Origin: a virus | IMG/VR virus record: IMGVR_UViG_3300032285_004186 | DNA: 64,000 bases | Reading direction: 5' to 3' (one strand) | Part shown: one piece after another, positions 1-10,281 of the stretch | Layout: each line of letters opens with the position of its first letter | Numbering within the stretch: position 1 is the stretch's first letter | Translations under genes and position numbers: made by a program | The notes under the pieces: model-generated | What the model saw: the letters and a program-made list of their open reading frames with translations, nothing else | Told to the model about the DNA's origin: nothing | Database searches by the model: none

Positions 1-495
1 TTAACTCCGGAGTTTCAACACCAAGCTCAAAATTTACTAGGTTGTGTTTTTGCTCAACAAATAACTATTCCCGGAGAATCCGTGGCAGTGAGTCAAACTG
101 GGCTAAATTATGCAGGCTTCTTGACTCCTAATACTGCCAATCAAAGAACATTGAGTAATAAGATAAATGTTACCTTTATGGAAACCAATGCTTCTTTTTG
201 TGATTTAATTATTCGTCCGTGGTTGGTTTTAGTAAGTCATTATGGCTTAATAGCTAGAGCTCCTAATTCTATTAAAAATGTTAAATGTAACTACATGGAT
301 GTAGTTCAATTTGCTAAAACAGATCCCTCAGTTACTGCTACTATAAGAAAAATTATAAGATATTGGAATGTGGTACCTACAAATTTAGCAAGTACTACAC
401 TTTCCCAGTCAGTAGAAGGTTTAAAAAGAAGAGATGCCACATTTGCTTTTGATGGCTATACGGTTTTTGAGGCCGGTACATCTAACATGATGTAA
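1..495 (+). CDS. Tail tube / tube-initiator protein (gp54/gp19-like), 5'-truncated by the window
   Basis: Frame is open from base 1 (LTPEFQHQAQNLLGCVFAQQITIPGESV...). The C-x-IPG-x-S, 'INVTFMET' and terminal 'ATFAFD' strands resemble the T4 tube fold, and the gene lies in baseplate context. Confidence 0.6.
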   Translation, partial: LTPEFQHQAQNLLGCVFAQQITIPGESVAVSQTGLNYAGFLTPNTANQRTLSNKINVTFMETNASFCDLIIRPWLVLVSHYGLIARAPNSIKNVKCNYMDVVQFAKTDPSVTATIRKIIRYWNVVPTNLASTTLSQSVEGLKRRDATFAFDGYTVFEAGTSNMM

Positions 496-506
496 ATAAA
501 TAGACA

Positions 507-1463
507 ATGAATCTGTATTTGTATAGTGTTTTAATGCCATTTTCCGGTATTAAAATTTTTTACAGAGAATTAAATTCTAAAGAGCAAATAATTCTTTCCA
601 AGGCTAATGTAATGTTGCCTTTAGAAGATGAATTCTTAGAAGATTACGGAAGAGTGTTGATGGATGTTGTCTTGGGTTGCATTAAAAATAAAGAAGATTT
701 TTTAAAATTAAACCTAATAGAATATGTTTTATTCTTGTGCAAACTAAGAATAGTTTCTATAAATGAAGATATAGAATTACAAGTTAAAAATCAAGATGAA
801 GATTATTTAGAAGAAGATGAAATTAACAATGAACAAAAACAAATTGTTAAATTTACATTAAATTTATCTCATTTTATGCTTCAATTATATGAAGCTAGTA
901 AAAAAGAATTTGAGAATAGTGAAATTAAAGAAGGGGAAGTATCTATATTTTTAAATTGGCCCTCCATTAAAGATGAAAAATATTTTTTAAAAAACAAAGG
1001 AATGAAATTTGCTTTAGAATCTATTCCTTTGTTTATAGAAAGAATGGAAATATCAAATAAAAATATTAATTTTTTAGATTTTGATCTAGAACAAAAAACA
1101 AATATTTGTGATAGATTGCCGGCTAAATTGCAAAACAAAATACAAGAAAAAATAATAAATTGTATTAAAAAATTTTTAGAAGCTAAATTGTTTAAAGGAA
1201 AGATATCTGAATATTTAAATTTTAATTTTTATGATTTATCTTACCAAAATGTTTTAAGGTTATTATTTTCTGATAATTTAAAAAATATATACCAGGAATA
1301 TTACGTGTTGGCTTCTAGAAACATATCTCCAGCTTATATAGATAATATTACCATAGCAGAAAGAAAGGTATATTTTTCTTTTATAGAAAAAGAAATGTCC
1401 TCTCAAGATAATAATATATCCGGAAATGAAGCTTGGTCTTTTAAAAATGAAGACATGGCTTAA
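507..1463 (+). CDS. Baseplate hub assembly protein (gp26-like with gp51-like C-terminus)
   Basis: N-terminal 'PFSGIKIFYRELNSKEQ' and 'LRIVSINEDIEL' are gp26-like; C-terminal 'QEYYVLA...IDNITIAERKVYF' is gp51-like. Confidence 0.6.
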   Translation: MNLYLYSVLMPFSGIKIFYRELNSKEQIILSKANVMLPLEDEFLEDYGRVLMDVVLGCIKNKEDFLKLNLIEYVLFLCKLRIVSINEDIELQVKNQDEDYLEEDEINNEQKQIVKFTLNLSHFMLQLYEASKKEFENSEIKEGEVSIFLNWPSIKDEKYFLKNKGMKFALESIPLFIERMEISNKNINFLDFDLEQKTNICDRLPAKLQNKIQEKIINCIKKFLEAKLFKGKISEYLNFNFYDLSYQNVLRLLFSDNLKNIYQEYYVLASRNISPAYIDNITIAERKVYFSFIEKEMSSQDNNISGNEAWSFKNEDMA

Positions 1464-1477
1464 TAGTAACTAATTGC

Positions 1478-1483
1478 TAATTA
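1478..1483 (+). promoter_or_regulatory. Putative late (gp55) promoter TAATTA
   Basis: 6 nt upstream of ATG 1490 and not part of a stop codon. Confidence 0.5.
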
Positions 1484-1489
1484 TTTTAT

Positions 1490-2302
1490 ATGGCAGAAGA
1501 AAATATAAGTTTTAATGATGTTTTAAGTACTCTTGATACATTTACTCAAGATTTATGTGTATTTGAGGCCTGGGTTCCTTCTTTACAAAAAAATGTTACT
1601 ATAAAAGAATTAACAGCCAAACAGCAAAAACAATTATTAAATTTTGTGGTAGATTCGGCAACTAGCTATAAATCTTTTTTTGCCAAACCTTTTTATAATA
1701 TTTTAACAGAAAACTGTAATCTATCTAAACAAGACATAGATAATTTATCATTTATAGACTATACTTCTTTGGCTATTGCTATACGCAAACAGATATCTGA
1801 AACATTAAAAGTAGAATTTACTAATGACTCAGAAACTTATAGTGAAGACATAGCTCTTAATGTTATTTTAGAAAATTTTCAAAATTTAAAGTATCCAGAA
1901 CCACAAGACTTAACAACTACTAAGGAAACCTTGCAAGTTGATTTAAAAATTAAAATTCCTACAATTTTAGATGATGTATTATACTTTGATCATCTACCAA
2001 CTATCAAACGAGGAGATTCTCAAGAAGATGCTCTAAAATTAATAGTAGCAGAGGCTTACATATATGAAACCTCTAAATGTCTATCCGATGTTAGTATAAA
2101 CGGCAAATCTATAAATTATTCTTCTTTGTCTGTAAAGCAGAGATATCAGCTTTTGGAAAGATTACCAGCTACTATATTACAGAAAATTTTATCACAATAC
2201 GCCTCTTGGAGAAAATCTATTGACCAATGTCTAACTGTTGTTAGTTCTCGAAACGATTCTAAGACTCTGGAAATAGATACTTTATTATTTTTAACCTCTT
2301 AA
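1490..2302 (+). CDS. Baseplate hub assembly protein (gp26-like paralog)
   Basis: 'WVPSLQKNVTIKELTAKQQKQLL', 'AIRKQISE' and 'LLERLP' parallel the upstream ORF. Confidence 0.55.
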   Translation: MAEENISFNDVLSTLDTFTQDLCVFEAWVPSLQKNVTIKELTAKQQKQLLNFVVDSATSYKSFFAKPFYNILTENCNLSKQDIDNLSFIDYTSLAIAIRKQISETLKVEFTNDSETYSEDIALNVILENFQNLKYPEPQDLTTTKETLQVDLKIKIPTILDDVLYFDHLPTIKRGDSQEDALKLIVAEAYIYETSKCLSDVSINGKSINYSSLSVKQRYQLLERLPATILQKILSQYASWRKSIDQCLTVVSSRNDSKTLEIDTLLFLTS

Positions 2303-2316
2303 ACAAATATAGAATC

Positions 2317-2322
2317 TAAGTA
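2317..2322 (+). promoter_or_regulatory. Putative late promoter TAAGTA
   Basis: 6 nt upstream of ATG 2329. Confidence 0.55.
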
Positions 2323-2328
2323 TTCTAT

Positions 2329-4059
2329 ATGGGATTGTTTGAAAATAAAGAAGATCATGTCTCTTTAAGTGATGAATATGTGCAATTCTTAAAATCATTT
2401 TCTGTTTCTAAAGAAGAAATAAATGAGCTTAAGAAAGGCATTTATGACTATACAAGATCTATGCATGAAGATTTTGTATCTGTAACTAAGCAATTAACCT
2501 CCAAAGAACCCACAGAATCACAACGCATACGAGCTGATTCTGATAAATCTTCAGATCAAAAAATGATAGATTTAATGTTTCTTGTTGAAAAAAATACAAA
2601 AGACATGGTAAATGGTTTATTTTTATTGAATCACAATCTCGGAATAGTGGGTGGAGAGCAAAAAGGTTTTTCTGATCATCCAGATGAAAGAAAAAAAAAT
2701 AGATACTATGAACCAGATATAGTAGAATCCCTTAAAGCGGCTGCTTATAACATGTCTAGGATTGCAGCTAGACCGGTACAATCTACTATACAAAACACCG
2801 GATCTATTTTAGGGGAATTAATGGGTTTATTATCTTTAGGTAGTTTGGCTGCTGTATTGGGTCCGTTATTTGTAGGACCCTTTTTAAAGTGGTTTGATGA
2901 AAATTTTGGAACAAATTTAAAACAAACTTTAGACAAAGTAATGGCTCCTTTTAAAGGGCTAGAGTCCACTGTTGAACATATAGGAAAGTGGGCGTTTTTA
3001 ATGATAACTCATCCAATGGAGGCTATTAAAACTTTGATGGAAGCTGTTACAGCTCTGGGTAAAGTAATGTGGGGTGCGGTTGAAATGGCTGGTAAAGTGG
3101 CTGGTGCGGGAGTTAAGGCAGTGGGTGCTGGAGTTAAGGCTATAGGTTCTATAGGAGCAAAAAAAACTGCAGAAATAGAAGCCAAGGCCGCAGCTGAAGC
3201 TAGTACTAGAATAGCAGCAGATGTTGCAGCAGCAGAAGCCAAAGTTGGTTCCAAGGTAATTGGAGAGGTTACTGCTAAAGTAGGTGGTGGTATGTTTTCA
3301 AAATTAGTAGGTGGTGCTTTTAAAAAACTTCCAATTGTGGGTTTTTTAATAAGTGCTGGTATAGGTATTAAAAAATTGTATGACGGAGATATTACCAGTG
3401 GAGTATTAAATTTTTTATCAGCAGGGGCGGGTTTATTGGATTTTGTGGTACCTGGTTTGGGCTTGGGTTTATCTTTGCTTATAGACGTATTTGATGCAAA
3501 GCTGGATATAGAATCTAACGGTGATGCTAGTAAAAAAAGTGGTTTAATTTCAAAAGTGTTTACAGATTTAAAAAATACAATATGGGATTCTATATTATCT
3601 TTTTTTAATTATGTAAGTGATACAGTCAAGGGATGGTTGGGTATTAAAGTTTCTAAGTCTCCAGAAAAACCAAAAATACTAGAAGAAAATGCTAAAAATT
3701 TATCTTCTAGTCCAGAAGTATCTAAGTCTTCATCTCCTGTATTAGAAAAATCACCCAGCACTTTAGCAGTTCCGTTGGATTACACTAATCCAGTATTGGA
3801 TAAAAAAATGCAATATGATAAACAAGAACAAAAAACTTTTGAATATCAAAATCAACAAACTACATCTATATTAAAAGAATATATGGATGAAATGATGAAG
3901 GTCTTTAAAGAGTTTTCAGTTCCACCAACTGTTATTAGTAATGTAAGCAATTCTAAACCAGCACCGGCTGGTCCTATTCCAACTCAACGAGATGGAGTAA
4001 AGGATAGTAGAAATGATTACTATTCTAGACAAAGTTATCTCTATAGATCTGGATTTTAA
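2329..4059 (+). CDS. Baseplate hub / tape-measure-like protein (gp29-like)
   Basis: Ala/Gly-rich amphipathic repeats, 'KKLPIVGFLIS' and hydrophobic segments; follows the gp26-like genes. Confidence 0.55.
   Translation: MGLFENKEDHVSLSDEYVQFLKSFSVSKEEINELKKGIYDYTRSMHEDFVSVTKQLTSKEPTESQRIRADSDKSSDQKMIDLMFLVEKNTKDMVNGLFLLNHNLGIVGGEQKGFSDHPDERKKNRYYEPDIVESLKAAAYNMSRIAARPVQSTIQNTGSILGELMGLLSLGSLAAVLGPLFVGPFLKWFDENFGTNLKQTLDKVMAPFKGLESTVEHIGKWAFLMITHPMEAIKTLMEAVTALGKVMWGAVEMAGKVAGAGVKAVGAGVKAIGSIGAKKTAEIEAKAAAEASTRIAADVAAAEAKVGSKVIGEVTAKVGGGMFSKLVGGAFKKLPIVGFLISAGIGIKKLYDGDITSGVLNFLSAGAGLLDFVVPGLGLGLSLLIDVFDAKLDIESNGDASKKSGLISKVFTDLKNTIWDSILSFFNYVSDTVKGWLGIKVSKSPEKPKILEENAKNLSSSPEVSKSSSPVLEKSPSTLAVPLDYTNPVLDKKMQYDKQEQKTFEYQNQQTTSILKEYMDEMMKVFKEFSVPPTVISNVSNSKPAPAGPIPTQRDGVKDSRNDYYSRQSYLYRSGF
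3103..3144 (+). repeat. Imperfect 21-nt tandem repeat (GAGVKAV/GAGVKAI) inside the tape-measure-like gene
   Basis: ggtgcgggagttaaggcagtg followed by ggtgctggagttaaggctata. Confidence 0.7.
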
Positions 4060-4061
4060 TT

Positions 4062-5531
4062 ATGGCTTTTAATTTTTTCTACATAAAAACAAATAATACC
4101 AGTAAATTTTTAGGCAATGAGTCTATAAATTATCCAACCGCCGTAAAAACTGGCGACGGTATACTAGATGTACACGGAAGTTTTCGTTGGAAAAATACTG
4201 GCAATGTAGATGAAGTACCAAAAATTTGCCTCACAGAATATAAATTAAATTACGGAACATGGGTAGCAAATTTAACTCGATTGTGGACTAATATAACTTC
4301 TAATAATAGTAGTTCTATTAAAGGATTTTTATCCAAAGCTTCTTTTGGTGATCCATATCAAAATTTATACATAGGAGAACAAACTGGATTTTATTATAAT
4401 TTACCTTATTTAAAAAACAGTGGTTCTATAAGAGGTGACGGCTTTTCTAATTCTTGGGGTGAAAAGAAAGGTTTAATGGAAACCATAGGTGACACATTTG
4501 CTCCTAACCTTAAGAAGTTAATAGATAATATAGGTGAAAATGTAATAGGTGGATTAACCGGTCAGGGTTGGGGAGCTGAGAAACTTTGGAAATATATAGA
4601 GTCTACAGCCAGAACAGTTACTATATCTTTTCCTCTTTACAATACATATTCTTTAAAAGAAGCTAATGATAATTTTAGTTTTGTAAGCTTATTGGCTTTT
4701 CAAAACATGAAAACAAGAACTTCTTATATGACCTTTTTGCCTCCAAAAGTTTATGTAGTAGATACCATGGATGATGGCGGCATATATATGCCCATTGCTT
4801 ATATTGCAGATTTAAAAATAGAAAGTATAGGTACTTTAAGAAAAATGTCTGACTTCGGAACTGCGGCTGGTGGACTTAATACTACTGGATATCGAATGAT
4901 ACCAGAAGCTTATAAGGTTACCATAGTAATGAAGGAGTTGATACCAGAAAGTACTAATATTATGCAAGGGGTGCTGGGTCAAAATAAAGTTCAGGTTATA
5001 GGCTCTCCTCAAAGCATTACAGCAGCTACGCCAACCAGTAATCCGACTTATAATTTAGATAGTTTTGGATCAAATGGAACAGTTGGTGCTGGAATTAATG
5101 TAGGCTCTCCTACAGATACAGGTATTGTGTCGGTTACTAACAACAATGAAAATAATACAACAAAACCACAAACCTTTTTTAACCCTTTACAAGAAACCCC
5201 CAATTCATTTACTCCAGTAGGTAATATACCAGCAAATTATCAAACTGGCAGTTTTTCAATTCCAGGGGTGCCATCTCGAGAAGTCTTAGACATATTTAAT
5301 AAAGCTGGTGACTCAGCGGCGATAGATGGTGGAATACCTTTTAAGCTTGACGTTACACAAACTAAACCAGATCAGGGTGAAGGTTCAACAACTTTTCAAT
5401 ATAGTGGATCCAAGGAGCAGATAGAATCTGTTAATAAACAACTTCAATCTCTACAATCATCTTCTTCTAAGTCTTCTAAGAAACCTCAAGATTCTAGTCC
5501 AGCAAATTTTAGTTTATTTCCCGGAATGTAA
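4062..5531 (+). CDS. Baseplate tail-tube cap-like protein (gp48-like) with Ser/Thr/Asn-rich C-terminal extension
   Basis: 'RTVTISFPLYNT', 'LPPKVYVV' and 'IPEAYKVTIVMKEL' match the tube-initiator pattern; lies before the gp53-like gene. Confidence 0.5.
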   Translation: MAFNFFYIKTNNTSKFLGNESINYPTAVKTGDGILDVHGSFRWKNTGNVDEVPKICLTEYKLNYGTWVANLTRLWTNITSNNSSSIKGFLSKASFGDPYQNLYIGEQTGFYYNLPYLKNSGSIRGDGFSNSWGEKKGLMETIGDTFAPNLKKLIDNIGENVIGGLTGQGWGAEKLWKYIESTARTVTISFPLYNTYSLKEANDNFSFVSLLAFQNMKTRTSYMTFLPPKVYVVDTMDDGGIYMPIAYIADLKIESIGTLRKMSDFGTAAGGLNTTGYRMIPEAYKVTIVMKELIPESTNIMQGVLGQNKVQVIGSPQSITAATPTSNPTYNLDSFGSNGTVGAGINVGSPTDTGIVSVTNNNENNTTKPQTFFNPLQETPNSFTPVGNIPANYQTGSFSIPGVPSREVLDIFNKAGDSAAIDGGIPFKLDVTQTKPDQGEGSTTFQYSGSKEQIESVNKQLQSLQSSSSKSSKKPQDSSPANFSLFPGM

Positions 5532-5538
5532 ATAAAAT

Positions 5539-5898
5539 ATGAAACAAACAGATTTTTCAGATTTGCCTCAATTATCTCATTATAGATATGAAAATTTTTT
5601 TAATGTCTATATAGATCCAATTAATAATGAAAAATTTTATAATGTAATGAGATCTATTAATGTGTTTCCAGCAAATAACCAAAACATAGAGGATGAATAT
5701 ATTATTAAACCACACGACACTTGGTATAATATATCTTACAATTATTACAATACAGCTGATCTTTGGTGGTTAATTTGCACTTATAATCAAGTATTAGATG
5801 CCTCTAAATTGCCAGAATCTGGGACTAAAATTAAATTATTAAAATCCCAGTATGTTGGTTATATTTTGCAAGAATTAAATCAACAAGTAAATAGATAA
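5539..5898 (+). CDS. Baseplate wedge protein (gp53-like, LysM-like)
   Basis: 'YIIKPHDTWYNISYNYYNTADLWWLICTYN' signature. Confidence 0.8.
   Translation: MKQTDFSDLPQLSHYRYENFFNVYIDPINNEKFYNVMRSINVFPANNQNIEDEYIIKPHDTWYNISYNYYNTADLWWLICTYNQVLDASKLPESGTKIKLLKSQYVGYILQELNQQVNR
5888..5893 (+). promoter_or_regulatory. Putative late promoter TAAATA
   Basis: 6 nt upstream of the terL ATG. Confidence 0.5.
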
Positions 5899-5899
5899 T

Positions 5900-7762
5900 A
5901 TGGCTTCCAGAAACAAGGATGAAGATGAAGTAGAAGATCTTGATCTCGAAGATATTTTAGTTGAGGGTAAATTTTATCAAGGCAATGAAAACATCCTAAG
6001 AAAGGATGGTACTTTTAAATGGACAGATGAAATGATTGCAGACTTTAAACTCTGCAATAAAAGCATTTTACATTTTGCCGAAAATCACTTTTATATAGTT
6101 TCTCTAGACAGAGGTAAAGAAAAAATTGAATTATATAAATATCAAAAACGATTATTAAAAGCCTTCAAAGCAAATCGTTTTAATATAGTATTAAGTAGCA
6201 GACAATCTGGAAAAAGTACAACCATAACCATTTACGCTCTTTGGATAGTATGTTTTCAAAAAGATAAAAGAATTACTATAGTGGCCAATAAAGAAGCAAT
6301 GGCTAAAGAAATATTTGCTAGAATTAAATTGGCATATGAACAATTACCCATTTATTTAAAACCCGCTATTAAATCCTGGAGAAAGGATGGTTTACAACTA
6401 TCTAATGATTCTGAAATAAAAATTAGTACAACATCAGCTTCCTCTGCTCGTGGAAGTAGTAGTAATCTTCTTATTATTGACGAGATGGCTCACTGTCCTC
6501 AGGAGATCATGAAAGAACTCTGGAAGTCTGCTATCCCAATTATTACAGCCTCGGAGAAATCTCAAATTGTAGTTATCAGTACTCCAAATGGTACGGATAA
6601 TAAATTCTACGAACTCTATCAAGAATCTCAGAAAAAAGATAGTGCTTGGAATTTAGAAAAAGTAGATTGGACAGATGTGCCGGGTAGAGACGAAACCTGG
6701 AAAAAAATGACCATGGATCTATTGGGTGGTAATGAGGATGACTTTAACCAAGAATATAATAATGTTTTTCATCCTCCTGGCAAATCTTTAATAGATGAAA
6801 AATTCCTAGCAGAATTAAAGGCACAATGTCCTCAACCCTTATTAGTAACAGATGAAGGTTGTTATAAAATATACGAATTGCCTAATCCAAATTCTTTTTA
6901 TGTAGTTGGAGTAGATGTGGGAGAAGGTATAGGTAGATCTAATACAGTGGCTCAGGTATTTGATGTTTCTGATTTGCAAAATATTAAACAAGTAGCGACC
7001 TATGCTTCTAGTACTATCAATCCTTTTCATTTTGGTTCTAGACTATTAAACATTCTTATAGACTGGGGCAGACCTCCGGTGTTGGTGGAAAGTAATAATT
7101 ATGGACAACAGGTATTAGACGTTTTACATCAAACTCATAACTATGAAAGTATAGTTTCTTATAACCCGGAAGGAAGCAGTAAACATTATAAAACAGATAA
7201 TCGCAAAGGTATTTTTAATCACACCAATACTCGTTATAATGGTATTACTAGTTTTAGATATTGGTGTAATAGCTTAAAGGCCGTTAAATTTAATGATCCG
7301 GAAACTTTATTTGAACTTAATAACTTTGTTAGATTACCAAATTATACATTTAGTAAACGCACTGATAAAGATTTAGATGATAGAGTTTTTGGAAGTATTT
7401 GGGCTTTATTTATTTTAAATCCAAGTATAGTTACTTCTTATTTTTATGTACACGAGTATAATGATCAGGGATTGCCAAATAAAATAGTTTCCTTAGTAGA
7501 TAACAAAGACCTGATAATAAAGAGCCCTTTACTACAAGGAACTGTGAGTAATATCATAAATAGTAGAAATAGACCTTCTAATGTTTCTCCGTTTTTAATA
7601 TCTCCAAAAAATACAGGTTCTAAATCTTTACAAGATCAAGAATCTAGGGATTTATGGATGTGGCTCCACGGAACTGCATTTGGAGATTCTAATTTTGAAA
7701 AAAGAAAAATTCAATCAGAATCAGAAGTGGTTGAAGAATATCGACCTATAATTTTATTTTAA
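5900..7762 (+). CDS. terL: Terminase large subunit (T4 gp17-like)
   Basis: Walker A SRQSGKS, Walker B IIDEMAH, ISTPNG, FNQEY, and nuclease motifs GVDVGEG and DDRV. Confidence 0.95.
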   Translation: MASRNKDEDEVEDLDLEDILVEGKFYQGNENILRKDGTFKWTDEMIADFKLCNKSILHFAENHFYIVSLDRGKEKIELYKYQKRLLKAFKANRFNIVLSSRQSGKSTTITIYALWIVCFQKDKRITIVANKEAMAKEIFARIKLAYEQLPIYLKPAIKSWRKDGLQLSNDSEIKISTTSASSARGSSSNLLIIDEMAHCPQEIMKELWKSAIPIITASEKSQIVVISTPNGTDNKFYELYQESQKKDSAWNLEKVDWTDVPGRDETWKKMTMDLLGGNEDDFNQEYNNVFHPPGKSLIDEKFLAELKAQCPQPLLVTDEGCYKIYELPNPNSFYVVGVDVGEGIGRSNTVAQVFDVSDLQNIKQVATYASSTINPFHFGSRLLNILIDWGRPPVLVESNNYGQQVLDVLHQTHNYESIVSYNPEGSSKHYKTDNRKGIFNHTNTRYNGITSFRYWCNSLKAVKFNDPETLFELNNFVRLPNYTFSKRTDKDLDDRVFGSIWALFILNPSIVTSYFYVHEYNDQGLPNKIVSLVDNKDLIIKSPLLQGTVSNIINSRNRPSNVSPFLISPKNTGSKSLQDQESRDLWMWLHGTAFGDSNFEKRKIQSESEVVEEYRPIILF

Positions 7763-7763
7763 A

Positions 7764-8363
7764 ATGAATCAAACTTTATTAAATCGTTCTCGCTTAGATA
7801 AATTTACTCTTTTGATGGATTTGCCTTTTGTTATGAAAGGTCAAGTGGATAATACTCTGCAATTAATGTATAAACCGGATGTTATTCAATTCACAGTTTT
7901 CGGTTCACCAGTTCCTAAAATAGAAATTCCATCTATTAAATTACCTTTTGGCGGACAACATATGCATGTTACCAGCGGCGGTAGATCTGATTACGGTCCA
8001 TTAACTTTAAGATTTTTATTAGATAATAGTTATCAAGGATATTGGATTTTGTGGAAATGGTTGAATTTGTTTAATGATTATCAAAATAGTGATTCAGATA
8101 TTAATCATGTAACTAGTTTACCACAAGATCCAAAAATTGTTATGAATAATCCTTTTTCTAATTATGTAACAACTTTTGAATTAAATGCCTTGGATGAATA
8201 TAATAATAAAATAATAAATTTTAAATACAATGGATGCTTCATAACTTCTTTGAGTGAAATTTCTTTTTCACATCAAGATGAATCTTTAATCACATGTTCG
8301 GCTTCATTTGCTTATAATCAATTACATGTAAACCTAATAACAGATCAAAATAAAATTATTTAA
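7764..8363 (+). CDS. Tail tube / tail completion protein (gp19/gp3-like)
   Basis: 'PVPKIEIP', 'YGPLTLRFLLD', 'YWILWKW', 'FKYNGCFITSLSEISF' and 'SASFAY'. Confidence 0.7.
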   Translation: MNQTLLNRSRLDKFTLLMDLPFVMKGQVDNTLQLMYKPDVIQFTVFGSPVPKIEIPSIKLPFGGQHMHVTSGGRSDYGPLTLRFLLDNSYQGYWILWKWLNLFNDYQNSDSDINHVTSLPQDPKIVMNNPFSNYVTTFELNALDEYNNKIINFKYNGCFITSLSEISFSHQDESLITCSASFAYNQLHVNLITDQNKII

Positions 8364-8368
8364 TTAAT

Positions 8369-9967
8369 ATGGCATCCTCTAAAAACATTTCTATCCCCTC
8401 TCGATTTGTTTATCAAATCGGGCAGGACATGTTTTGGGTTGAAGTGTGGATGTATAATTTTTTATCCAATTATCCTCCTATACAAATTCCTTTCTTTTTT
8501 ATTAATCAATTAGTTATACAAGAAACTTTAATAGATTGGAATGTTAGGGGATATTTAATATTAGAAAATGATTATGAAACTTTTGAAAGAGGAGCAGGTT
8601 CTTATGTTTCTTCTTCAAACGGAACTAATAATTCAACTCAGATTAAAGCTCCTTTTCTTTTTCGGACAGATGGAAGAAATAAAATTAGTGTAAAAATATA
8701 TCCATACACTGAAACAGAAAATAATATAGGTGATAATTTAGATCCTGCTTGGTGGCAAATGTGCTTTGATTTTGTTATATATGATATACAGGATACTCCG
8801 GGCCAAGACCCAACCAAAAAACTAAAAACTTTATATTTTAAGGATGAAAGACATCAAGTTTTTTCAGAACGAAATATAGAATGGTCTACTTCTATAAATG
8901 CCAAAATAGGAGCCAAGGATTCAGAGAGGACTATGTACGGCAATGATGCTTTGCAAAGTTTAATCAATCAGGCCTGTATAATTGGTGGAGATTCTAAAAA
9001 AACTCTGAATATAGGTTATGACAAAGATGCTAGTATAGATAAACCTAACATACCTCTTAATGTTTTTGACACCAAACAATGGGCTGCAGCTCCAGGTGAT
9101 CCGTCTTCAAAAATATTTTACACTTCTCCGGCCCATCACAATGTTTTAAATGATATAGAATATCTTTTAACCAACTCCAAAGCTTCAGACGGGAGTCCGG
9201 TGATTTTAGAATTTGGTAGATGGGAGGGTGATAAAAGTTGGAAATTAATTCCATTGTCTTTTTATTTTAAAAATTCTCAACAAAATCAAATAGAAAGACT
9301 TTTAATAGATGATGGAATGGATTTTACCAATTCGCCTCCAGCTATTCCTCGAGCAGAATTTACTACAAGTTCTGCTATACACAATTTTACTTCCGGCATA
9401 GCTTCTACCATTTCAAATTATCATTATGTACCAATGGTGCCTATGGATGATCAGCTTATATGCAATTCACCTTTGTTCAATTATGATTTTTCTAAATCTT
9501 TATATAACATTTATTTTAACAAAAATAAAATTTCAGAAGTTTTAAACTCCACAGCTAAAATGGCTCAAAATGGATTATTTAATTTTAAACAAAATCAAAG
9601 TAATCAAATTTTATTAAATGTTAATAAAACAAAATCTTCTGGTTTAATGACTCGAAATTTTTACACTCCTCAAAGTTTTTTTCTACAAGATTATCCACAA
9701 TTGAAGATGATTAAAGATTTAGTGTTTTTAGGAGGTGGCATTTATTTTCAAGTTCCAGGATTAACCTTTAGAACTCCTGGAAAATTTATCTTTATAGATA
9801 GAATGGCGGCTGGAGATAAAAATGCTTTTGATGATAAGTTTTTGGGACAATGGATGCTTACTAAAGTAACACATTCATTTACTAAAAATGGTTATATTAA
9901 TGATGTCATGGCTACTAAAATAGATGCTTTTTCAAAAATATATCCAGACCAAGACACTTCTTATTAA
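8369..9967 (+). CDS. Baseplate hub protein (gp27-like, putative)
   Basis: C-terminal 'VPGLTFRTPGKFI...GQWMLTKVTHSF' is typical of gp27/VgrG-like hubs. Confidence 0.55.
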   Translation: MASSKNISIPSRFVYQIGQDMFWVEVWMYNFLSNYPPIQIPFFFINQLVIQETLIDWNVRGYLILENDYETFERGAGSYVSSSNGTNNSTQIKAPFLFRTDGRNKISVKIYPYTETENNIGDNLDPAWWQMCFDFVIYDIQDTPGQDPTKKLKTLYFKDERHQVFSERNIEWSTSINAKIGAKDSERTMYGNDALQSLINQACIIGGDSKKTLNIGYDKDASIDKPNIPLNVFDTKQWAAAPGDPSSKIFYTSPAHHNVLNDIEYLLTNSKASDGSPVILEFGRWEGDKSWKLIPLSFYFKNSQQNQIERLLIDDGMDFTNSPPAIPRAEFTTSSAIHNFTSGIASTISNYHYVPMVPMDDQLICNSPLFNYDFSKSLYNIYFNKNKISEVLNSTAKMAQNGLFNFKQNQSNQILLNVNKTKSSGLMTRNFYTPQSFFLQDYPQLKMIKDLVFLGGGIYFQVPGLTFRTPGKFIFIDRMAAGDKNAFDDKFLGQWMLTKVTHSFTKNGYINDVMATKIDAFSKIYPDQDTSY

Positions 9968-9975
9968 ATATTTTC

Positions 9976-10275
9976 ATGGACAAAGACTCTCTACTTAAAA
10001 GAATAGAAGAAATAAAAAAATCAGTCCCTCACAATTCTTATCCTTCTACTACAGAAATGATAAAAAATGTGGCTCAAAGTATAGTCAAAAATACAGAAAG
10101 TGTATTAGGAGGTAACAGTTTAACCATTACAGAAAGAGAAGCTCAATCTCGTTTAAATATATGCAAAACTTGTTCTTTTTTTGATTCTGTTCAAGAAAGA
10201 TGTACTAAATGTGGATGTAAGATGGCTGTTAAAACTTATTTAAAAGCCGAGAAATGTCCTGTAGGAAAGTGGTAA
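9976..10275 (+). CDS. Small Cys-rich metal-binding protein (DUF6171-like)
   Basis: RLNICKTC...RCTKCGC...KCPVGKW. Confidence 0.65.
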   Translation: MDKDSLLKRIEEIKKSVPHNSYPSTTEMIKNVAQSIVKNTESVLGGNSLTITEREAQSRLNICKTCSFFDSVQERCTKCGCKMAVKTYLKAEKCPVGKW

Positions 10276-10281
10276 AAATAT

